Made by a program: the position numbers and the translations under genes | Notes under the pieces: model-generated | The model's input: the letters and a program-made list of their open reading frames with translations, nothing else | The model's database searches: none | What the model was told of the DNA's origin: nothing | Shown here: piece after piece, positions 55,315 through 64,000 of the stretch | Position numbering within the stretch: the first letter of the stretch is position 1 | Layout of the letters: each line of letters opens with the position of its first letter | NCBI GenBank assembly: GCA_017545535.1 | Contig: JAFWMS010000003.1 | Span: 41,991 to 105,990 of the forward strand | Source: Clostridia bacterium | Lineage (GTDB): Bacteria; Bacillota; Clostridia; Christensenellales; CAG-138 | DNA length: 64,000 nt | Direction: 5' to 3'

Positions 55315-56467
55315 AACGGGCATAGAAAGCCATTACGCCCTGGTGGACGGAAAGAAGCTTCGATATGGCTATACCACCGGTACCTGCGCTGCGGCGGCAG
55401 CCAAGGGGGCCACCTTGCTGCTTCTCACGGGCCGTGCGCCAGAGGCGGTGAGTATACACACCCCCAAGGGCATCGATCTTAGGCTGCCTCTGGAGGAAGC
55501 AAGTTCGGACGGGCACAGGGCCCGCTGCGCCGTTCGCAAGTTCAGCGGCGATGATCCGGACGTGACGGACGGGGTGCTGGTCTTTGCTACCGTTCGCATC
55601 AGCGATCTTCCCGGGGTTCGCATCGACGGAGGTGCGGGGGTGGGGCGGGTGACCAAGCCCGGGCTCAAGGTGCCCGTAGGCGCGGCGGCCATCAACCCCG
55701 GTCCTCGGGCCATGATCGCACAGGCGGTGCTGGAGGCCATGGAGGAGACCGAGCCGGTGCCGGGCATGGACGTGGTGATCGAGCTGCCCGAAGGGGCGGC
55801 TCTGGCTCAAAAGACCTTCAACCCCCGACTGGGCATTCAGGGGGGTATCTCCATATTGGGCACCAGCGGCATCGTGGAGCCCATGAGCGAGGCGGCCCTT
55901 ATAGACAGCATCCGCCTGGAGATACGACAGCGCAAGGCCCTGGGGGACGACCGGCTGATCCTGGCCCCGGGGAACTATGGCACGGACTTTTTGAAGGATA
56001 CCTTTTCCATCGGCGAGGAGCGGATCGTCAAAATATCCAACTTCGTGGGCCTCGCCTTGGACGCGGCGGCGGAGGCGGGCTTCCAGGAGGTGCTTCTGGC
56101 GGGCCACATCGGGAAGCTGGTCAAGCTCTCCGGCGGCATCATGAACACCCATTCGAAGGAGGGGGACGGCCGGGCGGAGCTCATGGCCGCCTGCGCTCTG
56201 CGGGCGGGGGCGGACGCCGATACTGGCCGAGCTATCCTCGATTGCGTCACCACCGACGAGATGCTGCGGATCCTCCGGGAGAAAGATTTGATCTCCCCGG
56301 CCATGGAGATCATGGCCCAGCGGATCGAGCTCTATGTGAATGCCCGAGTGAAGGGGCTCTTGACCGTTGGAGTGCTGGTGTTCTCCGACGGCTACGGGCC
56401 CCTGTGCGCCACCGGCCCCGCCAGGGCGTGGCTGAAAAGTATAGACGAAAAGGAGAAAAGACCATGA
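55307..56467 (+). CDS. cbiD: Cobalt-precorrin-5B C1-methyltransferase
   Basis: 386 aa with LRYGYTTGTCAAAAAKGA and GISILGTSGIVEPMS. GTG start overlapping the cobD end. Confidence 0.9.
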   Translation: MFETGIESHYALVDGKKLRYGYTTGTCAAAAAKGATLLLLTGRAPEAVSIHTPKGIDLRLPLEEASSDGHRARCAVRKFSGDDPDVTDGVLVFATVRISDLPGVRIDGGAGVGRVTKPGLKVPVGAAAINPGPRAMIAQAVLEAMEETEPVPGMDVVIELPEGAALAQKTFNPRLGIQGGISILGTSGIVEPMSEAALIDSIRLEIRQRKALGDDRLILAPGNYGTDFLKDTFSIGEERIVKISNFVGLALDAAAEAGFQEVLLAGHIGKLVKLSGGIMNTHSKEGDGRAELMAACALRAGADADTGRAILDCVTTDEMLRILREKDLISPAMEIMAQRIELYVNARVKGLLTVGVLVFSDGYGPLCATGPARAWLKSIDEKEKRP

Positions 56468-57222
56468 TCCATTTTGTGGGCGCGGGCTGCGGAGCGGCGG
56501 ATCTGATCACGGTGCGGGGCAAGCGGCTGTTAGAGGAAGCGGACGTCATCGTCTACGCAGGGTCCCTGGTGAATCCGGCCCTGCTGGATTATAGGAAGGA
56601 CGGCTGCCAGGTGTACGACAGCGCCAAGATGACCTTGGAGGAGGTTCTGAACGTGATGCTGGCGGCGGAGGAAGCGGGAAAGATCACCGTCCGTCTCCAC
56701 ACCGGCGATCCCTGCCTCTACGGGGCCATCCGGGAGCAGATGGACGAATTGGACAAGCGAGGCGTGGCCTACGACTACTGCCCCGGGGTCAGCGCCTTTT
56801 CCGGGGCAGCAGCGGCATTGAAGATGGAGTATACCCTGCCGGAGGTGTCCCAGAGCGTCGTCATCACCCGCATGGCGGGCAGGACCCCCGTGCCGGAGCG
56901 GGAGAGCGTTCGCTCCTTCGCCGCCCACGGGGCCACCATGGTCCTGTTCCTCAGCGCGGGGCTGCTGAAGCAGACCCAGGCGGAGCTGCTGGCCGGGGGC
57001 TATTCCTCCGATACCCCGGCGGCCATCGTCTACAAGGCCAGCTGGCCCGATGAGAAGCGGTGTTTGTGCACCGTGGGGACCCTCGATGACTGCGCCCGGG
57101 AGAATGGCATCTCAAAGATCGCCCTTATCATCGTGGGGAACGCGGTGAAGCAGAGCGGCTATGCCCGCTCCAAGCTCTACGATCCCACCTTCTCCACGGA
57201 ATTTCGAAGGGCCAAGGAGTGA
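56464..57222 (+). CDS. cbiF: Cobalt-precorrin-4 C11-methyltransferase
   Basis: Starts at MIHFVGAGCGAADLITVRG (ATGA overlap). Motifs HTGDPCLYGA and PGVSAF. Confidence 0.9.
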   Translation: MIHFVGAGCGAADLITVRGKRLLEEADVIVYAGSLVNPALLDYRKDGCQVYDSAKMTLEEVLNVMLAAEEAGKITVRLHTGDPCLYGAIREQMDELDKRGVAYDYCPGVSAFSGAAAALKMEYTLPEVSQSVVITRMAGRTPVPERESVRSFAAHGATMVLFLSAGLLKQTQAELLAGGYSSDTPAAIVYKASWPDEKRCLCTVGTLDDCARENGISKIALIIVGNAVKQSGYARSKLYDPTFSTEFRRAKE

Positions 57223-57225
57223 TCT

Positions 57226-58254
57226 ATGGGGATTTGGCTCATCTCCTACACCGCCCGGGGCCGGGCCCTGGCCGCCCGGGTGGCGGACATATTGAAGGAT
57301 TCAGGCCACGACTGCCGGACCTTTGCCCTGCCCAAGTTTTGTGAGGGAGAAGACGAAGCTTTGACTGCCTCTGCCTCAGACTGGGCGGGGGCGGGCTTTG
57401 CCGAGGCGGACGCCCTGATCTTCTGCTGCGCCTCGGGCATCGCCGTCCGAGCCATCGCCCCCCACGTACGGGATAAGCGGCGGGACCCGGCGGTGCTGGT
57501 GCTGGACGAGGGCGGGACCTTCGTCATCCCCCTTTTGAGCGGCCATCTGGGCGGGGCCAACGCTTTGGCGAAGGAGCTGGCAGCAAAGCTCCCTGCCACC
57601 CCCGTTTTGACCACGGCCACAGACGTGAACGGTCTCTTTGCCGTGGACGTGTTCGCCAAGAACAACGATCTGTTCATCGAGGACATGGCCCTCGCCAAGG
57701 CCGTGTCCGCCGCCCTCCTTTCCGGGGAGGCGGTGGGCTTTCGATCCGATCTGCCCGTAGCGGGCGCCCTGCCCAAGGGGCTCGCGGCGGGCAAAGCGGA
57801 TCTGGGCATCCTCGTTTCTTCCTCGGATGAAAAGCCCTTTCCCCGCACCCTGCGGCTCATCCCCCGGCGCTACGCCGTGGGTCTGGGCTGCCGCCGGGGG
57901 AAAGACGAGGCGGCGCTGGAAGCGTTTTTGCGGGAGAATCTGAACCGGTGCGGCGTGGGCCTCCACCAGGTCATGGCCCTTGCCAGCATCGACATAAAAG
58001 GGGACGAGCCGGGCCTGGTGGTCCTGGCCAAGGAGCTGGGGCTGCCCTTCGTCACCTACTCGGCGGAGGAATTGAAGCGCGCGCCCGGGGAGTTCACCCC
58101 CTCTGCCTTCGTGCAGGGGGTGACGGGCGTGGATTCGGTGTGCGAGCGGGCGGCGGTCCTGGCCTCCGGCGGAACGTTGATGGTACGGAAAGTGGCGGAG
58201 AACGGCATGACCTTCGCTCTGGCGAAGAAGGAGGAGGGGATACGATTTGAGTAA
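57226..58254 (+). CDS. cbiG: Cobalt-precorrin-5A hydrolase
   Basis: 342 aa with CASGIAVRAIAP, PLLSGHLGGAN and C-terminal GVDSVCERAA. Confidence 0.88.
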   Translation: MGIWLISYTARGRALAARVADILKDSGHDCRTFALPKFCEGEDEALTASASDWAGAGFAEADALIFCCASGIAVRAIAPHVRDKRRDPAVLVLDEGGTFVIPLLSGHLGGANALAKELAAKLPATPVLTTATDVNGLFAVDVFAKNNDLFIEDMALAKAVSAALLSGEAVGFRSDLPVAGALPKGLAAGKADLGILVSSSDEKPFPRTLRLIPRRYAVGLGCRRGKDEAALEAFLRENLNRCGVGLHQVMALASIDIKGDEPGLVVLAKELGLPFVTYSAEELKRAPGEFTPSAFVQGVTGVDSVCERAAVLASGGTLMVRKVAENGMTFALAKKEEGIRFE

Positions 58255-58978
58255 GCTATTCGTGGTGGGCATCGGCCCCGGCAAGTTCGAGGGCATGACC
58301 CATGAGGCGGCCCGGGCCCTTAATGAAAGCGACGTGATCGTGGGCTACACGGTCTATGTGGATCTGGTGAAGGACCGCTTCCCGGACAAGCAGTATTTGA
58401 CCACCCCCATGCGCCGGGAGGTGGAGCGGGTGGAGCTGGCGCTGCAGGAGGCCGCGGCGGGCAAGACCGTGGCCATGGTCTGCAGCGGCGATCCGGGGGT
58501 CTACGGCATGAGCGGCCTGATAGAGGAGCTGGCGGAGAGGTACCCGGGCGTGGAGGTCAGGACCGTGCCCGGCGTGTCCGCGGTCCTGAGCGGGGCGGCC
58601 ATCCTGGGCGCGCCCCTCATGCACGACTTCGCCGTCGTCAGTTTGAGCGACCTTATGACCCCCTGGCCCACCATCGAAAAGCGGCTCAGGGCGGCGGCCG
58701 GGGCGGATTTCGTCATCTGTCTTTACAACCCCGCCAGCCACAGGCGGAAGGACTACTTGCAGCGAGCCTGCGACGTCGTCCTCGAATCCGCCTCCCCTGA
58801 GACCGTCTGCGGCGTGGCCCAAAACATCGGCCGTGAAGGGGAAAATATCCGCATCCTGACCCTGAAGGAGCTGCGGGATACCCAGGTGGACATGTTCTCC
58901 ACCGTCTTCATCGGCAATTCCCAAACGAAGGTCATCAATGGGAAAATGGTGACGCCCCGGGGGTACGACCATGACTAA
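58247..58978 (+). CDS. cbiH: Cobalt-precorrin-3B C17-methyltransferase
   Basis: 243 aa with VVGIGPG, SGDPGVYGM and VPGVSA. TTG start overlapping cbiG. Confidence 0.88.
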   Translation: MSKLFVVGIGPGKFEGMTHEAARALNESDVIVGYTVYVDLVKDRFPDKQYLTTPMRREVERVELALQEAAAGKTVAMVCSGDPGVYGMSGLIEELAERYPGVEVRTVPGVSAVLSGAAILGAPLMHDFAVVSLSDLMTPWPTIEKRLRAAAGADFVICLYNPASHRRKDYLQRACDVVLESASPETVCGVAQNIGREGENIRILTLKELRDTQVDMFSTVFIGNSQTKVINGKMVTPRGYDHD

Positions 58979-60953
58979 GGCGCTGCTGTTTGCGGGCACC
59001 ACCGAGGGGCGGAAGATCGCCGAGGGGTGCCGGGGAAAGAAAATAGAGCTGACCGTCAGCGTGGCCACGGAGTATGGGGAGGCCCTCATCGAGCCGGCGG
59101 AGAACGTGCATATCGTTTCCGGCCGCAAGGATGAGGGCGAGATGGCCGATCTGATCCGGGAAACCGGTGCGGAACTGGTCATCGACGCCACCCATCCCTA
59201 TGCCGCTGAGGTGACCAAGACCCTGAAAGCGGTCTGCGCCCGGGAGGGCGTGGACTATCTTCGGGTCCTGCGCCGGGAGGACCATGAGGACCTGACGGGC
59301 TGCGTCTGGGTGGACGACACCCAGGGAGCCGTGGATTATTTGAACGGCACCGAGGGGAAGGTTTTGCTCACCGTGGGCAGCAAGGAGCTGCCCGCTTACA
59401 CCGCCGTGACCGATTGGCAGACCCGGCTCTTTGCCCGGGTGCTGCCCCTGCCCGCCTCTGCGGAGCAGGCCTTCAGCCTGGGCTTCGAGGGGAGCCACCT
59501 CATCTGCATGCAGGGGCCCTTCAGTCAAGAGATCAACGAAGCCATGCTGCGGATGCTGGATATCCGGTACCTCATCACCAAGGACACCGGCGCGGCAGGG
59601 GGCTTCGCTGAGAAGATACGGGCAGCCAAGGCCTGCGGCGTCACGCCCGTCGTCATCCGCCGTCCTCTCGCCGAAACCGGGATCGACGTGGACGTGTGCC
59701 TGCGGCTGCTGGGGGAGCGCTGCGGCTGGTCTTCAAACACGAAAAAGCAGATCACCATCCTGGGCGTGGGCATGGGGGATCCGGGGACGCTGACGAAAGC
59801 CGCCGAGGACGCCTGCCGGGCAGCGGATCTGATCGTTGGCGCCAGGCGGGTGACGGAGGCCCTGAGCCTCTTTGGAAAGCCCGTGAAAAACGCCGTGGCG
59901 GCGAAAGAGATCGAAGCCATCCTCCGGGCTGCGCCCGCCGAGCACATCGTGGTGGCCATGTCCGGGGACACGGGATTTTACAGCGGGACGAAAGGCCTGC
60001 TGCCCCTCGTCCGGGATCTGGACCCCGTGGTGCTGCCCGGCATCTCCTCCATCGCCTGCTTTGCCGCCAAGGCGGGGATCAGCTGGGACGACGCCCTGCT
60101 GCTGTCCGCCCATGGCCGGCCCTGCAACTATGTGACCAAGATCCGCCGCTCCCCCAAGACCATCCTGTTGGTGGGCGGGGACAGCGGCGTTCAGGATCTG
60201 CTGACGGCCCTCGTGGACAACGGTCTCGGTCACCTTCCCGTGACCGTAGGCGAAAACTTATCCTACCCCGAGGAGCGTCTCACCCGGGGCGCCGCCCGAG
60301 AGCTGGCGGAACAAAGCTTTGCGCCCCTGGCCCTGGTGCTGGTGGAGAACCCGGACGCTGAGAACGCCGTGCTCACCCAGGGCCGCCCCGACGGGGACTT
60401 TCTCCGCACCGAGGTGCCCATGACCAAGTCCGAGGTCCGGGCTGTGACCCTCTCCAAGCTCCGCCTGACCAAAAACGCCCTCTGCTGGGACGTGGGGGCC
60501 GGCACCGGCTCTGTGTCGCTGGAGATGGCGGAGGCGGCGGAGGACGGTACGGTCTACGCCGTGGAGAAAAAGCCCGAGGCCTGTGCGCTCATCGAGCAAA
60601 ACAAGCGCCATCTGGGCGTCACCAACGTGCAGGTGATCCAGGGGGCCGCGCCGGACGCCCTCCGGGATCTGCCTGCCCCCACCCATGTGTTCGTGGGCGG
60701 CAGCGGCGGGGAGTTGAAGGATATCCTGGCCCTGGTGTTGGAAAAGAATCCCGCCGCCCGGATCGTGGTGAACACGGTGACGGCGGAGACCTTCGCCCTG
60801 GCCCTGGACGCCATGAAGACCCTGCCCGTGACGGAGGTGGAGCTGGTGGAGCTGTCCGTGTCCCGGGGCCGGCCCGTGGGTGGATACCACCTCATGACCG
60901 CCCAGAACCCGGTGTATCTCTTTTCCTGTAAGGGAGGGCGAAACGATGGATAG
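58971..60953 (+). CDS. Triple fusion: precorrin-6A reductase (CbiJ) + CbiE + CbiT (precorrin-6B methyltransferase/decarboxylase)
   Basis: The N-terminal ~250 aa is CbiJ/CobK-like (LLFAGTTEGR...IDATHPYA). The middle is a CbiE methylase (ILGVGMGDPG). The C-terminus is a CbiT SAM-MTase (CWDVGAGTGSVSLE). Confidence 0.88.
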   Translation: MTKALLFAGTTEGRKIAEGCRGKKIELTVSVATEYGEALIEPAENVHIVSGRKDEGEMADLIRETGAELVIDATHPYAAEVTKTLKAVCAREGVDYLRVLRREDHEDLTGCVWVDDTQGAVDYLNGTEGKVLLTVGSKELPAYTAVTDWQTRLFARVLPLPASAEQAFSLGFEGSHLICMQGPFSQEINEAMLRMLDIRYLITKDTGAAGGFAEKIRAAKACGVTPVVIRRPLAETGIDVDVCLRLLGERCGWSSNTKKQITILGVGMGDPGTLTKAAEDACRAADLIVGARRVTEALSLFGKPVKNAVAAKEIEAILRAAPAEHIVVAMSGDTGFYSGTKGLLPLVRDLDPVVLPGISSIACFAAKAGISWDDALLLSAHGRPCNYVTKIRRSPKTILLVGGDSGVQDLLTALVDNGLGHLPVTVGENLSYPEERLTRGAARELAEQSFAPLALVLVENPDAENAVLTQGRPDGDFLRTEVPMTKSEVRAVTLSKLRLTKNALCWDVGAGTGSVSLEMAEAAEDGTVYAVEKKPEACALIEQNKRHLGVTNVQVIQGAAPDALRDLPAPTHVFVGGSGGELKDILALVLEKNPAARIVVNTVTAETFALALDAMKTLPVTEVELVELSVSRGRPVGGYHLMTAQNPVYLFSCKGGRNDG

Positions 60954-62307
60954 CCCTCGCCTGCTCTTCGCCGCCCCCGCCTCGGGAAGCGGCAAGACCA
61001 CCTTGGTCTGCGGCCTCTTGCGGGCGCTGAAAAACCGGGGCAAGAAGGTCCGGGCCTTCAAGTGCGGGCCGGACTACATCGATCCCCTGTTCCACGAGCG
61101 GGTCGTGGGCGTGCCCTCAGGCACGCTGGATCTGTTCTTCAGCCAGGAGGACCAGCTTAGACGCCTCTATTGCCGCCATGCCGCCGGGGCCGAGATCAGC
61201 CTCATCGAGGGGGTCATGGGCTACTACGACGGCCTGGGGGCCGCCACGGACAGGGCCTCCTCTTACGCCGTAGCTAAGGCCCTGGACGCCCCCGTGATCC
61301 TGGTTGTGGACAGCCGGGGACAGAGCCTGTCGGCCCTGGCCACCCTGGAGGGTTTTCTTCGGTTCCGAGAGGACAGCCGCATCCGGGGCGTGATCTTCAA
61401 CCGCATGGGCGAGGGCGTCTATGCCGCCCTGCGGCCGGAGGTGGAGCGGCTGGGCGTCACGCCCCTGGGGTATGTGCCCAGGGCCCCGGAGCTGATGATC
61501 GAAAGCCGGCATCTTGGGTTGGTGACCCCGGGAGAGATCGAAGATTTAGGCCAAAAGCTGGATGCTTTGGCCGCCCTTTTGGAAAAGACGGTGGATATGG
61601 ACGCTCTGCTGTCCCTAGCTGGGTCGGCTCCGGCCCTGGAGGCGCCGCCCGCGCCGCCTATGCCCATTCTGCCAAAGACAAAGATCGCCGTGGCCCGGGA
61701 CGAGGCCTTCTGCTTCCTGTACCGGGACAACCTGGAGCTTTTGAAGGACTACGGGGCGGAGCTCGCCTTCTTCTCCCCGATCCGTGACGGCGCCCTGCCG
61801 AAGGGGGCCCAGGGGCTTCTGCTGCCCGGGGGTTATCCGGAGCTGTACGCCCGGGCCCTGTCCGAGAACGGACCCATGCGCCGGAGCATCGCCGCGGCCA
61901 TAAAGGAGGGCATGCCTTGCCTCGCCGAGTGCGGCGGCTTCCTCTATCTGCACCGAGAGCTGGCGGACATGGAGGGGAGTTTTTTCCCCATGGTCGGGGT
62001 CCTACAGGCCCGGGCCTATCCCACGAAGAAGCTGGGCCGCTTTGGCTACGTCACCCTGACCGCCAGGGCGGACACCGCCTTTCTTCCCGGGGGAGAGAGC
62101 ATTCGGGGCCACGAGTTCCACTATTTTGAAAGCGAGGATTGCGGCGATGCCCTCCACGCTCAAAAGCCCACGGGCAGCCGGAGCTGGGACTGCGGCCACA
62201 GCCGGGGGAGTCTTTTGATGGGCTTCCCCCACCTCTATTATCCCTCGAACCCCAAGTTCGTCGAACGCTTTTTACGCGCTTGTTTCCAAGGAGGCATACA
62301 TGGCTAA
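60946..62307 (+). CDS. cbiA: Cobyrinate a,c-diamide synthase
   Basis: 453 aa with [19 protein letters not shown] and a GATase domain (AECGGFLYL). Confidence 0.9.
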   Translation: MDSPRLLFAAPASGSGKTTLVCGLLRALKNRGKKVRAFKCGPDYIDPLFHERVVGVPSGTLDLFFSQEDQLRRLYCRHAAGAEISLIEGVMGYYDGLGAATDRASSYAVAKALDAPVILVVDSRGQSLSALATLEGFLRFREDSRIRGVIFNRMGEGVYAALRPEVERLGVTPLGYVPRAPELMIESRHLGLVTPGEIEDLGQKLDALAALLEKTVDMDALLSLAGSAPALEAPPAPPMPILPKTKIAVARDEAFCFLYRDNLELLKDYGAELAFFSPIRDGALPKGAQGLLLPGGYPELYARALSENGPMRRSIAAAIKEGMPCLAECGGFLYLHRELADMEGSFFPMVGVLQARAYPTKKLGRFGYVTLTARADTAFLPGGESIRGHEFHYFESEDCGDALHAQKPTGSRSWDCGHSRGSLLMGFPHLYYPSNPKFVERFLRACFQGGIHG

Positions 62308-63802
62308 ACCGATCATGATCCAGGGCACCATGTCCAACGCGGGCAAGAGCCTGTTGGCGGCGGGCCTGTGCCGGGTGTTTCATCAGGACGGCCGCAAGGT
62401 GGCCCCCTTCAAAGCCCAGAACATGGCCCTCAACTCCTTCATCACCAGGGAGGGCCTGGAGATGGGCCGGGCCCAGGTGGTCCAGGCGGAGGCGGCGGGG
62501 GTGGAGCCGTCCGTGCTCATGAATCCCGTCCTTTTGAAACCCACCAACGACATGGGTTCCCAGATCATCGTCAACGGGGAAGTCTGGGGGCAGATGAGCG
62601 CCCGGGAGTACTTCGCCGTAAAGCGGCAGCTGCTTCCCGAGGTCATGAAGGCTTACGACGCCCTCTCCGCCCAAAACGACGTGATCGTCATCGAGGGGGC
62701 CGGGAGCCCGGCGGAGATCAATCTGAAGAACGACGATGTGTTCGTGAACATGGGCATGGCCCGGGCAGCCAAAGCCCCCGTGCTCCTGGTGGGGGACATC
62801 GACCGGGGCGGGGTCTTTGCACAGCTCTACGGCACGGTGGCCCTGCTGGACGAAGCAGAGCGGGCCATGGTGAAGGGCGTGATCATCAACAAGTTTCGGG
62901 GAGACGAGCGCATTTTGACCCCCGGTCTGCGGCAGCTGGAGGACCTTATTCACATCCCTGTGGTGGGGGTGGTGCCCTACGTGAAGCTGGACATCGACGA
63001 CGAGGACAGCCTTTCCGAGCGGCTCACCAACGGGGCGGCCAAGCTCATCGACATCGCCGTCATCCGCTTGCCCCGCCTGTCGAACTTCACGGACTTTCGG
63101 GCCCTGGAGGCGGTGGAGGGCGTGTCCGTCCGGTACGTGGGGAAGACGGCGGAGTTCGGGGAGCCGGACCTTGTCATCCTCCCCGGCACCAAGAACACCA
63201 TGGCGGACCTTCTCTGGCTCCGGCAAAGCGGCCTTGAGGGGAAAGTGCTCCGATTCGCCCACGACGGCAGACCGGTGCTGGGCATCTGCGGCGGGTATCA
63301 GATGCTGGGAGAGGAGCTATCTGATCCCATGGGCGTGGAGCAGGGAGGCACCCTCCGGGGCATGGGCCTGCTGCCGGTCAAAACCGTCTTCACCCGGGAA
63401 AAGACCCGCACCCGGGTCTCCGGTACCTTCGGGGCTGTGGATGGCGTCCTATCGACCCTGTCCCGTCAGCCCTTCGAGGGGTACGAGATCCATATGGGGG
63501 AAAGCGAGGGCGGCAAACCGCTGACCGCTTTTGTCAACGAGCTTTCCGGCGAGGGACGAGCTGACGGCTGTCAGCAGGGGAACGTGTACGGTACCTACAT
63601 CCACGGCATCCTGGACCATGACGCCGCAGCGGGGGCCATCGTCCGGGCCCTGGCGGAACGAAAGGGCATCAACCCGGCCCTTTTGGGCCGTGTCTCCGGG
63701 GAGGAGCATAAGCAGCAGCAGTACGACCTGCTGGCCCAGACTCTGAGAGAGCATATGGACATGGAAGCGATCTATCGGATCGTCGAGGAGGGCATCGCAT
63801 GA
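62300..63802 (+). CDS. cobQ: Cobyric acid synthase
   Basis: 500 aa with [24 protein letters not shown] and GATase ICGGYQMLG. Confidence 0.92.
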   Translation: MAKPIMIQGTMSNAGKSLLAAGLCRVFHQDGRKVAPFKAQNMALNSFITREGLEMGRAQVVQAEAAGVEPSVLMNPVLLKPTNDMGSQIIVNGEVWGQMSAREYFAVKRQLLPEVMKAYDALSAQNDVIVIEGAGSPAEINLKNDDVFVNMGMARAAKAPVLLVGDIDRGGVFAQLYGTVALLDEAERAMVKGVIINKFRGDERILTPGLRQLEDLIHIPVVGVVPYVKLDIDDEDSLSERLTNGAAKLIDIAVIRLPRLSNFTDFRALEAVEGVSVRYVGKTAEFGEPDLVILPGTKNTMADLLWLRQSGLEGKVLRFAHDGRPVLGICGGYQMLGEELSDPMGVEQGGTLRGMGLLPVKTVFTREKTRTRVSGTFGAVDGVLSTLSRQPFEGYEIHMGESEGGKPLTAFVNELSGEGRADGCQQGNVYGTYIHGILDHDAAAGAIVRALAERKGINPALLGRVSGEEHKQQQYDLLAQTLREHMDMEAIYRIVEEGIA

Positions 63803-64000
63803 ACATCCAGAATTTACCGCCCATGGAGATCGAGAAGGAGAGCTTTCGCATCATCACTGAGGAGCTGGGGGATCGGCCCCTGGACCCGGAGCAGGCGCCC
63901 ATCGTCAAGCGAGTCATCCACACCACGGCGGACTTCGACTATGCGGACAACCTGTACTTTTCGCCGGACGCGGTATCCCTCGCCAAGGCTGCTATCCGGG
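63799..64000 (+). CDS. cbiC: Cobalt-precorrin-8 methylmutase, 3'-truncated by window edge
   Basis: Read by eye: [71 protein letters not shown] overlap with cobQ. Confidence 0.85.
   Translation, partial: MNIQNLPPMEIEKESFRIITEELGDRPLDPEQAPIVKRVIHTTADFDYADNLYFSPDAVSLAKAAIR

Overview
High-GC Firmicutes-type chromosome segment (Clostridia/Oscillospirales-like by gene order and protein sequences; this is inference). It is mostly core genome. Coordinates of hand-mapped small features may be off by 1-2 nt.

Gene content, left to right:
- 1-10.4 kb: distal spc/alpha ribosomal cluster, rplN (truncated by the window edge) through rplQ. It includes secY, adk, map, a KOW protein, infA, and rpmD and rpmJ, which I read by eye because they fall below the ORF-track cutoff.
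- 10.5-13.9 kb: MoxR ATPase / DUF58 / DUF4129-like membrane protein operon, lower in GC, behind a perfect consensus promoter.
- 13.9-17.8 kb (-): secA-prfB. prfB is a single ORF with no programmed frameshift.
- 18.6-21.1 kb: ApbE flavin transferase plus a NapH-like polyferredoxin with a C-terminal FMN-binding domain.
- 21.1-23.1 kb (-): esterase / ATP-grasp pair.
- 23.1-24.5 kb: AT-rich islet with a DUF4259-like protein and a start-less YD-repeat fragment.
- 24.5-30.8 kb: hpf, a VanZ-VOC fusion, an AAA-CYTH fusion, ribokinase, an MFS transporter and two zinc-ribbon membrane proteins.
- 30.8-34.6 kb (-): pheST behind a Phe T-box.
- 34.6-43.1 kb: MBL lipoprotein, trmO, SPFH + RHH pair, tRNA-Thr, coaX with an ECF S component, coaBC, a kinase-like protein and a membrane protein.
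- 43.2-43.6 kb: five-tRNA array (Val, Asp, Phe, Gly, Cys).
- 43.9-45.0 kb: three decayed genes.
- 45.0-64.0 kb: cobalamin region with cbiL, a GNAT, then a B12 riboswitch heading a run of about 17 kb. That run holds a secreted tandem CbiK-like/NEAT-like protein, a lipoprotein, BtuFCD-like ABC genes, and cbiB, cobD, cbiD, cbiF, cbiG, cbiH, a cbiJ-E-T fusion, cbiA, cobQ and cbiC.

Most unusual signal: a family of hairpin-rich modules of about 140-185 bp that carry copies of tRNA 3' ends. Three lie in tandem downstream of an atypical tRNA-Thr (37.46-38.0 kb). One and a half lie after tRNA-Cys (43.6-43.9 kb). Their arms differ in sequence but keep pairing. No recombinase is present in the window. 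I cannot assign them to any known family.

Second most interesting: the riboswitch-controlled secreted double CbiK-like/NEAT-like proteins, which are candidate corrinoid capture factors.

Many long antisense ORFs in the track are GC-driven shadow ORFs and were rejected.
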